Source: Malacoraja senta (taxonomy: Eukaryota). Taken from it: a stretch of DNA of 64,000 nucleotides. Below, piece after piece: positions 14,270-25,161 of this stretch. Location: NCBI GenBank assembly GCA_038087875.1, contig CM075989.1, positions 9,674,001-9,738,000 of the forward strand, given 5' to 3'. Position numbers and translations under genes: made by a program. The notes beneath the pieces were generated by a model that did not search any database, was not told the origin of the DNA, and saw only the letters and a list, made by a program, of their open reading frames with translations. Position 1 is the first letter of the stretch, and every line of letters begins with the position of its first letter.

Positions 14270-15236
14270 TTTTAAATAAAAGGAACTTCATAAAAGTTGA
14301 CAAAAGCTTTCTTGCATCTTTAATGTGTACCTGTTTTATAAGGGTAACAATACCATATATGGATTAGTAAACTGTTTATATTTAGTCAAATAGATTCAAA
14401 TAATACTGTTGACACAATATTAACAATTAATGTATCAATATGTTTCAATGCACAAGTCCATTTTTGACACAAATCTGAAACAGGCCATTCCTGTTCATTA
14501 ATAATAAGCAGAGACAGTTTGTTATATTTTTATTCTGAATATCATAGATATTATCATATGTTATGGTATATTTCTTGTACAATTGTGTCACAGAAGGAAT
14601 TTACAGAAGGATTGATGGAAATTATGTTCTTCTGATTTGAAATGAAATCGTACTAGAATCTACAACAATTTTGCTAAAACAAGCCACTAGTGACCTAATA
14701 CTATACTGTCAGAAGAGAAATATTGGAAGAAATAATGTATTGAAGATTCCAGATACAGCATTGTAACCTTTTCTCCCATACATAGGTTTTGCATTTCCCC
14801 AATGGGCACTATGTATTGCTGAATTAACATTTACTTTCTAATGCACACAATATCGTCCAATAATTCTTATCCCCTTCCAATCCAACATTCATTATGCTAT
14901 TAAAAAAAAAATCCAAAAGAAAGATATTCAAATCATAATGATCTTATCATGGATTGAGAGTGAGCCAACTCTTTAAAAAATCGTTTCTTCATCCTACAAT
15001 GTTTTCCAACGTTTTTTTGAAATGATCAATATGTGGATTATTAAAAACATGCTTGCAGTTAAAGTTTATATGCCTCTTTTAATGGTACATTAAAGGCCAA
15101 ATACAGTAGAAATTAATCTTAACCAGTACATAGGTGTTTGGATCCCGTGACTTTTTAATGCTGAAGTAGTTTTTTAAAACATAGGAACAGAAAGTCTGCA
15201 ACGTGACATTCATTTGGTGAAGCAGAATAAAAAGAT

Positions 15237-15340
15237 TGACTTGCATTCGCATAGCATCTTTCATGAATGTCCCAAAGCTTTAATTACTAATGAAATAATT
15301 TTAACCTGACTTTTAATTTAAGCAACATAACCTCCATAGG
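15237..15340 (-). mobile_element. Ancient Deu-SINE/AmnSINE1-like tail remnant (similar remnants ~36200-36350 + and ~38830-39150 -)
   Basis: gacttgcattcgcatagcatctttcatgaatgtcccaaagc resembles the recalled reverse-complement tail; heavily diverged. Confidence 0.4.
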
Positions 15341-15965
15341 AAGCGAGTCTGAGACTTATAGTAGGCTACAGGATCTTCAACCAGCTAAGCACTATCACAT
15401 AGTAGACAACTGGGAGATTGGGAATTTGCAGAATGGCAAATCACAAGCACAAAAATAAATGTCCTAACTCCCTGAAATGCAGAATCCCTTGAGTGCATTT
15501 CACCTTGTAAAGCCAACCAATGAAAGATGATATTACTATGTGGTGTTTAGGCTCTAATAATTAGTCACACTTACAGCTGCTCTTATGGCTTCCTTTGCAA
15601 ATGAAGAGTTCAGGTACAGGCAGAAAAGGTTTTTAAAAACAAACTCTATTAGGATGTCCCCAACCAGCCCAGAATTATAGAAGTGTTACATCTAATTACT
15701 TTTACAAGACTTACCTGTAATCTTTAGCCAGTTAACCGTGTCTACAATTCCAAACATCCCTCAGGCTATGATAATATGCAAATTGCAATTTGTGTCTGTC
15801 ACCCAAGATTCTTCTGGGTGCGTATAAAGATAACATATATACAAAATAAATAACTTAATCATTTCTGGTATCATGATCATATTCCTGAATTCAGTCTATT
15901 CAAAGTAAAATCTGCATATTTATCAAGATATGTCGACATAAAATAAAAAAAATATTTAAACTTAC

Positions 15966-16027
15966 TGCAACAGAGATTCTGCCCAGTACATGCTCAGGGA
16001 TCTTTCTATATACATCCAAAGAGCCTC
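15966..16027 (-). CDS. MAP2K5: MAP2K5 coding exon (62 nt, ~exon 12)
   Basis: ctttag|GA GGC TCT...GTT GCA|gtaagt = (G)GSLDVYRKIPEHVLGRISVA. Confidence 0.97.
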
Positions 16028-16592
16028 CTAAAGAAAATAATAACAAAGGGGAAAATATGTGAAATTATTACAATCAACTGTAAATTTCTTAATTAAATTG
16101 CTTTTGTATTCGTGACTAAGTGATATACTGGAGAACTCTATCTGGTTCAAGGTCAAGTACAACAGCCAATTACTTAAGGCTTAGGGATATTTTAAAAAAC
16201 TACTATTTCCAATTTTAGATAATCAGTAATTAGGTCTTATGCTTCTAATCAAATACCAGCTAACTGACATTTAAATAACAGAACTGACATTTTTGAAATA
16301 TTTGTTTAAATGTAGTCATACTATTAAGAAATCACTGCTATACCATCATTTTTCTTGAATAAAGGCACACCGAACATATAGGCTTGTTGCCAATCAACTT
16401 AGTCGTAATGGGCTATTGCAAAAGCACTCTTGTGTTTGATGAGATAGAACATTTCCACCAATAGAGGAATAAGTATGATAAAAGTGATCCATTAGGAAAG
16501 CATTTCCAAAGTACTTGGACAGTGTGGAAAAAAAACATTTATACTCCAGAATATACACCAAAGGGATTAAAAAAATAAACAGCTAGGTGGAC

Positions 16593-16737
16593 TCTTCTTC
16601 TTCTTCTTGTGTATGGCGTGCACAGCCTAAAGTTGTAGGACAACTTGTTCTATTTGATCTTATTTGATTGTGCACGCCGGGTTGATTGCATTCGTCGAAA
16701 CAGTGCAACCACGTGAAGGTTGCAATCTTCCACCCCT
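16593..16737 (-). mobile_element. Short non-autonomous retroelement with 5' HDV-like ribozyme and (GAA)n tail
   Basis: 12-bp TSD with one mismatch (AGCTAGGTGGAC 16581-16592; AGCTTGGTGGAC 16738-16749); minus-strand 3' end AAGAAGAAGAAGAAGA; internal stem GGCGTGCACA/TGTGCACGCC. Confidence 0.85.
16684..16736 (-). ncRNA. HDV/CPEB3-like ribozyme fold with minimal P4; P1 degenerate in this copy
   Basis: GGGGUGG AA GAUUGCA ACC UUCACGU GGU UGCACU GU UUCGA CGAA UGCAAUC: 7-bp P2, 3-bp P3, L3 UUCACGU, J4/2 C-GAA with catalytic C at 16694. Confidence 0.7.
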
Positions 16738-17049
16738 AGCTTGGTGGACAATCAACCTATTATCCGAGGAGGAAATTAATACATTATCATTAAAGAGGAT
16801 ACTGGTAGGGCAGTATCTTTTGAAGATGAAACCATGCTCAAATAAGCATAAATATCTGTGGAAAATCTAGTTTGATTCCAGTTTGACAACTCCAGTTTGG
16901 GAGGTAGCCCTGAGGAGCTATACCTGCAGATTGTGGCATCATCTGACAAATCATATGTCCAGCATTGGCCATTGCCTATGGAGTCATGCTCTAAGACTCC
17001 ATAGAATTATACTCTGGACCTGAGTATGCCCATGGTACCTTAAAGCACA

Positions 17050-17205
17050 GAAGAAGTCAATGCCTCTGAAACAATATTCCCAGCGTAGGCTGTGCTTCTA
17101 AAATCATAACCCCAGTATGGATCCTGCGTCTGAAACTGCACTCCCAGTGTGGGAGTGAAGCCATATCCCCAGCATCATTGGTGCTACTGAAACCATAACC
17201 ATTCA
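17050..17205. repeat. Degenerate ~31-bp minisatellite
   Basis: Recurring ctgaaac...cccag units. Confidence 0.5.
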
Positions 17206-17933
17206 CAGTGCCACTGGGTCCACACTCGCACTCATATTAAATCAATGCCTCACTGCAGGACAAAATGACCTAAATGACTGGAAATGCTACGTAAGAAAAA
17301 AGTACCATTTATCTTTCTAGATGCCCAAAAATATAAACAACCAATGGATAAGTCCCAATTATTTAACTGTTTTGCATGTTATTTAGCTGTCTATCCTGAA
17401 CATAACACCTACAGGTGTTCAATGAATATTGTTTAGATTTTGTACACCCAATGCAGAAATCCCACAACCCTAACTAACCTATCGGCTTTGAATCCATACA
17501 ATCATGAAACCTTTTCTCAAGGCACACACGAATCCTTTAAGCTATATTCCAAATTGAAATGTTGCCTATTTGCCATCCAAGTAGGTTTCAGCTAATAGTT
17601 CAAGTGGCGTCAAATCTAGCTATATTCACTGATAAGCTGCAGGGCTGCTGTGGATTTAAGTGTGGCAGATTATTGTTGAAAAAGTGAAAAGGCATTTTTA
17701 GTAGCACATTGCAATACAGAATCTGTGGTTAGATTATTTTTCTCCGTAGCATTCCAATCCATTTGGGTCCTCGTTTTTTCTAGTTTTCATTTACATACCC
17801 TGACGGAAAGGAACATATTATGAATGCTGCTAGATTTTCACATGCCCAAGAGCTTACAACATAAGCATGAAACACCCATGTTCTTTCGAGGCCATATAAA
17901 TATTCTGACGTTTAAAATAATCCTCAAACTCAC

Positions 17934-18015
17934 CATCCATGAATTCTGTACATATTGATATTCTGTTTTCCACGAAAAATGCGCCATAAAATCCTATTAT
18001 ATATGATGAGTCACA
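17934..18015 (-). CDS. MAP2K5: MAP2K5 coding exon (82 nt, ~exon 11)
   Basis: ttacag|TGT GAC...ATG GAT G|gtgagt = [27 protein letters not shown](G); preceded by a 104-nt intron. Confidence 0.97.
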
Positions 18016-18119
18016 CTGTAATCATTTAAGTGAAAAAAAGGAAATTTTACTGAATAATCGTACAATTTGGACAATTCAAAAACAAAGTTAAAATTAGCAG
18101 TCTGGTGCTGCAAAATTAC

Positions 18120-18188
18120 CTTATAAAGAATTTCTAATTCAGACATAATTTGTTTTTGAAGCTCCAGTGTAATGTCTAAGGGAATAAC
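18120..18188 (-). CDS. MAP2K5: MAP2K5 coding exon (69 nt, ~exon 10), alphaC helix
   Basis: ttccag|GTT ATT...TAT AAG|gtaatt = VIPLDITLELQKQIMSELEILYK. Confidence 0.97.
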
Positions 18189-19077
18189 CTGGAAGAAAAT
18201 TACATGTTAGTCATATGGTAACTTTCTAAAAATTGTGACTTTAAAATAATATTAACTTGGAAATCTAGCGTGTCCTGATGGACTCGGTGACTGTTGCAGC
18301 TTCATTCTTTCACCCCTTTCAATCATGGGTCTTCCAGCTCATCTTCAGTGTCAACCTTGGGTACTATTGAGAGTATTTCCATATTTAAAAGTGTCTTTCC
18401 TGGGACTGAGACTGGGTCTGGAAGTTCAGTAAGAGAGAGGATTGGGATCTGTTGACTGAGCATTCTGCCCTGGAGTCAAAATGGTGAGTAAGATAAATAG
18501 TTGAGGGATTAGTTAGAGAAAGGGGTACCTGACTGATAGACTGGGAATAGAAAATTGGGCGAGTGGAATGGGGGTGGTGGGCGGCAGCCTGACTGAAAGA
18601 CCGGGACAGGATGAGGTGTATCACTGAAAGATTGGGTTCATCCTGTGATGAAGGGAACAATAAGCAGATATTGGGTCTGCTCAAGGGTCTGGAATCAAGG
18701 GTCTGGAATCTTGGTGAATTGATGAAATTGGGAGCCAAGTAAAATATCAAGAGGCACATGGGGTCGGTGATTGGGCCTGAAGAGCCAAGGGCAAGATTGT
18801 GACCTTGTATTGCCTTGGTGTGATCCCAATTTGGCATTGTATTTATTTGTGCTAATCTCAAGAATGGTTAACAATAATCAGTCCCAAATCAAGGGTCTAA
18901 TTTGTCCACTCAATGAGGAACACCGTCACCTTGTATGATAATTAGAGCACAAGGATGAATCACTCTGAAAATGCTCCATTACATTTTTGGACTGGCAGAG
19001 AACAACCCATTTAAAAACATAATTATTCGACTGAAATTCCTGGCCAATATACCATATTGTAGATAAATGTATATTTG

Positions 19078-19470
19078 TATTAGTTTATTGTTGTCATGTA
19101 TACCAAGATACATTGAAAGCTATGTTTATGTTATCCAGTCAAATCAGATTATGCATGGGTACAATGAAGCTGAACACAAATGCAACAGGAAGTGCAAAGA
19201 GAAAAGTGCTAGAGTGCAGAATACCGTATTACAATATTATACCGTGACAGTTACAGAAAAAGTTTAGATCAAAAGATGTACAAGGTTCACGATGAGATAA
19301 TTGGAAAATCAGTACTACACGCTTAATTTATGGGAAAACTATTCAGTAGTCTGATAACAGTAGGATAGAAGCTGTTCATGAATCTGGCAGTTCATGCTTT
19401 TAAGCTTTTGAATATTCTGCCTGACAGGAGACAGGAGACGAGGATGTGACCAAGGAAAATGTCCCTGATA
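19078..19470 (-). mobile_element. Old Rex1-like LINE 3' remnant
   Basis: Similar to 5845-6190 (ttattg..tcatgtatacc; ctgataacag...tgaatctgg). Confidence 0.55.
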
Positions 19471-19739
19471 TGCTTCTATTATTTATGCACATACTGGTAT
19501 CAATTACATGTTTTAAAATTTAGCAATCATAGCAATTGTGTAGGAGGCCAAAGCTGTAGAGAGAATTGATCTACTGAAGTAACCCACGAGGCAATGGTTT
19601 AAGAGACATTTAAGAGTGAGATAAGGATAGGATTGGCATGAATAGTGAAGCCAGAGGAAGGAATATAGTGGAAGAGGATGAGGGGAGAAATGAGTGCGCA
19701 GCATTATCTCCTTATGGCACACTTTTGTCCAACCATCTG

Positions 19740-19972
19740 CAAATCAACCCCTCCCACCTCACCTCTATCCACCTGTCACTTGCCAGGCTTTATCTCGTCC
19801 TCCCCCCCCTCGGTTCTCGCTTTCTCCCATTAGTATAATCTGTCTAAAGAAGAGTCCCAACACTAAACATCGCCCATCCATGTGCTCCAGAGATGCTGCC
19901 TGACCTGCTGAATTACTCCAGCACTTTGTGAGTTTTTTGTCAACCCTCATCTGCAGTTCCTTGTGTCTACAA
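19740..19972 (+). mobile_element. Penelope-terminus fragment, degenerate hammerhead
   Basis: ccagagatgctgcctgacctgctgaattactccagcactttgtg body. Confidence 0.7.
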
Positions 19973-20028
19973 GTTTCAGACAGATCAATGTACATCTTTT
20001 ACTGAGTTGATGATCTTTCAGCAGCAGT

Positions 20029-20166
20029 CAATAGACAATAGACAATAGGTGCAGGAGTAGGCCATTCGGCCCTTCGAGCCAGCACCGCCATTCAATGTGA
20101 TCATGGCTGATCATCCCCAATCAGTACCCCGTTCCTGCCTTCTCCCCATATCCTCTGACTCCGCTA
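20029..20166 (-). mobile_element. Young CR1 3' tail
   Basis: caatagacaatagacaataggtgcaggagtaggccattcggcc is the reverse complement of the tail at 52560-52651. Confidence 0.8.
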
Positions 20167-20569
20167 TTTTTTTTTTTTTTTTTGTCTCTGTAAATAGCCC
20201 ATGGATCATTAAATCCTGTTTCACTGCTGCTCAGAGATCAAGGATCATGATATCCTCTTCCAGACTTCTTGGCAAATGCAAAGTCCACTAGGAGGTGGAT
20301 GATCGGCCCACATGCACTGCAGCACTCTCAAAGGCAGTGCGCAGTGGAAGTGTGACATCAGCAGGCATTGATGTGGAGAGCCACTCTCAAAAATGGCCAG
20401 GTGAATTATTTGTGCTTCTTTCTGAATTCTGTGTGATGAGACATTCTGCAGTGATTTTGACAGTCAGCTCAAGAAGCTATCCAACAGAATTCACTGCTTC
20501 TATTTATTATGTAACAAAAGGAAATAAGATTTGGATGAGGTGGTAGCGCAATAGAAAAGTCTAAGAATC

Positions 20570-21235
20570 ACAGATTATGCCATAGCAAGAACTATTTGGT
20601 CCTTTAAGTTCATGTTGACTCTCCGCGCAGCAAATCTGTCTCATTCTTCTGCTTTTTCCTCACACCCCTGAAATTGATTTTCCTTTAAGTGTCTAGGCTT
20701 GATGAATCTTCAGCAATAACATAGGAAGAGGGTTCCAGATCATTACCACTCTCTGCATAGCAAAATATTCATCACCAGTCCCATGTATATTTTGCCCATC
20801 AATTTAAATCTGTTTCCTCAATATTTGAGCCTTCCACTAATGGGACAGCTTAGATTTACTTTATTGAACTCAATCATAATCTTATACAGCCCTATCCAGT
20901 CTCCTCTCAGTCTTCTCTGCGCCAAGGAAAATACCAACCGCTTCTCCAGTGTCTGAGACCAGGTTTAATCCTGACCTCGGGTCTTGTCTGTGTGGGGTCT
21001 GTGCATTCTCCCTGTGACTGCTTGGGTTTACTCCCACTTGCCAAAGATGCATGAGTTGGTAGGTAAATTAAGTCTGTAAATTTCCTCTAGTATGTAGGTG
21101 AGTGATAGAATCTTGAGGATATCGAAGAGACTATGGGGAAAAGGGGATTAATGAAGGATTAGTGGAAATGGTTGGTTGATGGTGCACATGGACTAGATGG
21201 GCTGAAGGGCCTGTTTATGTTCTGTATCTCACTGT
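20570..21235. mobile_element. Old CR1 fragment (-, 20570-20950) abutting a SINE (+, 20951-21235)
   Basis: CR1 3'UTR-like sequence, then ccaggtttaatcctgacctcggg...gggctgaagggcctgttt. Confidence 0.6.
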
Positions 21236-21337
21236 AACTAATTTACTGGAAAAAGAGATGATTAAAACGCAAGTTTGTCTGGTTCAAGTGAAATGTAGCT
21301 CATCAGAAAAGAATTTGTAATTAAAACAGAAATTAAC

Positions 21338-21513
21338 AGAGGCCAATTCACTGGATGTTTTCAAGAGAGTTAGATAAAGCTCTTAGGGCTAACGGAATCA
21401 AGGGATATGGGGAGAGAGCAGTAATAGGGTACTGATTTTGGATGATCAGCCATGATCATGTTAAATGGTTCGAATGGCCGAATGGCCTACTCCTGCACCT
21501 ATTTTCTATGTTT
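21338..21513 (+). mobile_element. CR1 3' tail fragment
   Basis: gaggccaattcactggatgttttcaagagagttagat...ggcctactcctgcacctatt. Confidence 0.8.
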
Positions 21514-22598
21514 CACAAGCCTAAAATATAAAAATTCATTGGAGCTAAAGAAATTCTGAGGCAAACAGCATATAACTGGTTAACTTGACACACAAAAGCA
21601 TTCTTTTTTTTTTAAATGGTGGGGGACATATTTGAGATCATGTGAAAACCCATTTTTTACCTCGCTGTAGGGGGATTTATAAAAAGCAGCTCCAAATTGA
21701 CTAGTAACTGTAATATCCTGCTGCCAAGGAAAATTTAAAACCACATACTTGTGAATCAATAGTCATTCGCCAACAAAATTCAACTCAGGGTCTCCCGGTG
21801 AAAAAAAACATGGAATAATTCACCTCCACACATCCCAATGTCCCTCAATTAATCGGAATAGCGTTTAAGGCTGAGAGTGGAGTACCTGAGTAAATTTGCT
21901 CAGATTACCAATACACCTCCAGGACAAACAAGGATGAGTTGTCAAGTTAAATACAAGCAGTCAACTGACTGAATTATAATTTACTCTTTGAGCTCAACTT
22001 AAATTAGTGCAAGGCTATTAAAATATACAGTATAAATAAGGCAATTCATCACTGGCTGACATGGATGACTTCGCCTATTTGTAGGAGCAGCACACATTCC
22101 ACTTAAGGGAAGGAGAGTGCAGAATCACAGGTCAAATTAAGCTACTATTCCAGTTTAATTTACTTATAAAATCCCTAGATGATACTATTGTCTTTATATG
22201 CACTTTTGCAGCATCTGAAATGCATGATTATGATACAAATGATTAATCAAATTACATATTAAAAGCTGCCCTGTGCCCAATAGTGGTCAAAGCAAGTTAC
22301 TAGAGGATAGTAAATACAGCATACTATTCATGTGTAAAAGAAAATTATTCAAGGAATTTTGGGAAGGTTTCATTTCCCCCACTTTCCTTTAAAGATCATC
22401 ATAGATTTTAAATGAATTATTTTGGATGAGGCATTATAACAGTCTTATGCATAGTTTCTACTTACCACCATAAACACCCACTTTTACACATTACCAAAGT
22501 TTTAAAGTGAATGCTGAAATTTATATATGAAATAAATAATGGAAGGATCAAATATGCCTATTTAAGTGAAGGTGAAATGTTTTGTTATGGTTTATTTA

Positions 22599-22685
22599 TC
22601 TGAAGGGTCTCAACCCGAAACCTCACCCATTCCTTCTCTCCAGAGATGCTGCCTGTCCACTGAGTTACTCCAGCATTTTGTGTTT
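22599..22685 (+). mobile_element. Penelope-terminus fragment
   Basis: tctgaagggtctcaacccgaaacctcaccc...gagttactccagcattttgtg. Confidence 0.75.
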
Positions 22686-22852
22686 TGTATTTTGAGCAGG
22701 ATTAACAGTAATAAAAATATGTATGAGAAATTTACTGAAGTTAGGCATTTTACAGGAGTAAAGATTCACTCTAATGATAAAATGGAAGGCAATTTGCTCT
22801 TAACCTCCCCCATTCTTGCTATGTACATTATGTTGGTTACCCCTTTCCTTCA

Positions 22853-23140
22853 GGTTAGTTTAATTATACAGCACGAAAACAGGCCCTTCGGCCCACCGAA
22901 TATCCACCGACCAGCAATCCCCGCACAATAACGCTATCCTACACACACTAGGGACAATTTACTCTTATACCAAGATAATGAACCTGGAGTGTGGGAGGAA
23001 ACTGAAGATCTCTGAGAAAACCCACATGGTCATGGGGAGAACGTACAAAATTCGTACAGACACCACCCGTAGTCGGGATCAAACTCGGGTCTCCGGCCCT
23101 GCAAGACAGCAATTCTATCGTTGCGCTGCCTTACTGCCCA
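22853..23140 (-). mobile_element. tRNA-derived SINE (HE1/V-SINE-like)
   Basis: Reverse complement of the SINE at 29080-29361. Confidence 0.8.
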
Positions 23141-23810
23141 TTTGTGTACAAATGTTTACTTAACTAAAAAAATATTTTTTTATTCTTGGTTCGTGCTTAG
23201 TCCTATTTTACATTGATTTTTGCTTTATTAATAAGAATTGGATTATGATTTTGATAGACTTTACAATTAATTCATTATCAAGTCTCAACTTTAAGTTTTC
23301 ATTTACAAAGACAATTGCAGATTTTTCATTAAAAAAACAAGTTAATCAACAATAAATTTGAGCCTATAATTTTTAAACAGTAGATAACAATTTAACCAGA
23401 ATGTTGCCTGGTTTAGAGGGTTTCAGCTACAGAGAGAAGTTGGATAGACTTGAATTGTTTTCTCTGGAACGTCGGGGGTTGAGGGGAGACATGATAGAAG
23501 TAGAATACAGTCAGAACCCTTTTCCCAGGGTGGAAATGTCCAACATTAGAAGGCTTAGCTATAAAGTGACAGGGGGAACATTTAATAGAAATGTGTGGGG
23601 CAGGTTTTCTTCACACAGAAAGTAGCGGGGGCCTGGAACGCATTGCAAGGATTGGTGGTGGAGGCAGATACCGATGTTTAAGAGGTTTTAAGATAGTAAC
23701 ATGGATGTGCAGGAATAGCGGGATATGAATCATGTACAGTGGCTTGCAAAAGTTTTCATACCCCTTGAACATTTCCACATTTTGTCACGTTACAACCACA
23801 AATGTAAATG

Positions 23811-24010
23811 NNNNNNNNNNNNNNNNNNNNNNNNNNNNNNNNNNNNNNNNNNNNNNNNNNNNNNNNNNNNNNNNNNNNNNNNNNNNNNNNNNNNNNNNNN
23901 NNNNNNNNNNNNNNNNNNNNNNNNNNNNNNNNNNNNNNNNNNNNNNNNNNNNNNNNNNNNNNNNNNNNNNNNNNNNNNNNNNNNNNNNNNNNNNNNNNNN
24001 NNNNNNNNNN
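23811..24010. other. Assembly gap (200 N)
   Basis: Run of N. Confidence 1.
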
Positions 24011-24470
24011 CGTCCACCGGGCCCGCGGCGAGCCTCCGGATTCAGGTCGCCGCCAGTGTCCTCGGTCACCACCACCGGAACGCCACCGCCACCGCCGGAA
24101 CGCCACCGCAGCCCCGAAGTTGGCCAGCCTCGCGCTGGTAAGTCCTGGCTCTGCCTCCGAGCCTCGAGGTCGGTCGGTCGCTCGCAGTTGGAGTTGGAGG
24201 CCGGCAGCTCGCAGTTGGAGTTGGAGGCCGGCAGCTCCGCCATTTTGGCCTCAGCGCAGACGGAGGCAGAGAAGGGGACACGACAAGAAAAGTCGCATTC
24301 CCCCGAAGGAAGAGACAAAAGTCATGTTTCACCCCCCCCCACCCCCCCCCACCCCACACATACACAACCCAATAAACTAAAATTAGCTGAAACAGGATAA
24401 AAGAAAACAACAAAAAAAGTAAAAACAGACGGACTGCAGGCGAGCCGCTGCTGTACGACAGCGCCGCCAC
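24011..24470. mobile_element. Unclassified CpG-rich insertion inside the Tc1 transposase
   Basis: Abrupt junction at 24470/24471; 27-bp tandem duplication at 24181-24234; other end lies in the gap. Confidence 0.6.
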
Positions 24471-25161
24471 TTTTGCAGACTCTAACAGGTTTTCTTCCAA
24501 GATTGCCCTGTATTTGGCTCCATCCATCTTCCCATCAACTCTGACCAGCTTCCCTGTCCCTGCTGAAGAAAAGCATCCCACAGCATGATGCTGCCACCAC
24601 CATGTTTCACAGTGGGGATGGTGTGTTCAGGGTGATGTGCAGTGTTAGGTTTCCGCCACACATAGCGTTTTGCATTTAGGCCAAAAACTTCAATTTTGGT
24701 CTCATCTGACCAGAGCACCTTCCCTCCCACATGTTTGCTGTGTCTCCCACATGGCTTGTGGCAAACTGCAAACGGGACTTCTTATGGCTTTTTTTCAACA
24801 ATGGCTTTCTTCTTGCCACTCTTTCATAAAGGCCCGATTTGTGGAGTGCACGACTAATAGTTGTCCTGTGGACAGATTCTCCCACCTGAGCTGTGGATCT
24901 CTGCAGCTCCTCCAGAGTTACCATGGGCCTCTTGGCTGCTTCTCTGATCAATGCTCTCCTTGCCCGGCCTGTCAGTTTAGGTGGACGGCCATGTCTTGGT
25001 AGGTTTGCAGTTGTGCCATACTCTTTCCATTTTCGGATGATGGATTGAACAGTGCTCCGTGAGATGTTCAAAGCTTGGGATATTTGTTTATAACCCAACC
25101 CTGCTTTAAACTTCTCCACAACTTTATCCCTGACCTGTCTGGTGTGTTCCTTGGGCTTCAT
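24471..25161 (-). pseudogene. Frameshifted Tc1 transposase
   Basis: MKPKEHTRQVRDKVVEKFKAGLGYKQIS...GRPPKL / KVLWSDETKIE...[10 protein letters not shown] / GCFSSAGTG...ENLLESAK in three frames; cut at 24470. Confidence 0.92.

Noticed and set aside
15715..15741. Possible 27-nt poison exon (donor CAG|GTAAGT, in-frame TAA)
   Set aside because: The acceptor lacks a pyrimidine tract and nothing else supports it.
18385..18861. 158-aa minus-strand ORF
   Set aside because: Decayed low-complexity repeat-like DNA with no recognisable domain.
21661..21720. Possible cryptic exon on the minus strand
   Set aside because: Weak donor GTAAAA and no similarity to MEK5.
23725..24400. Long ORFs containing X runs (also 44687-45334)
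   Set aside because: Artefacts of translating through N gaps.
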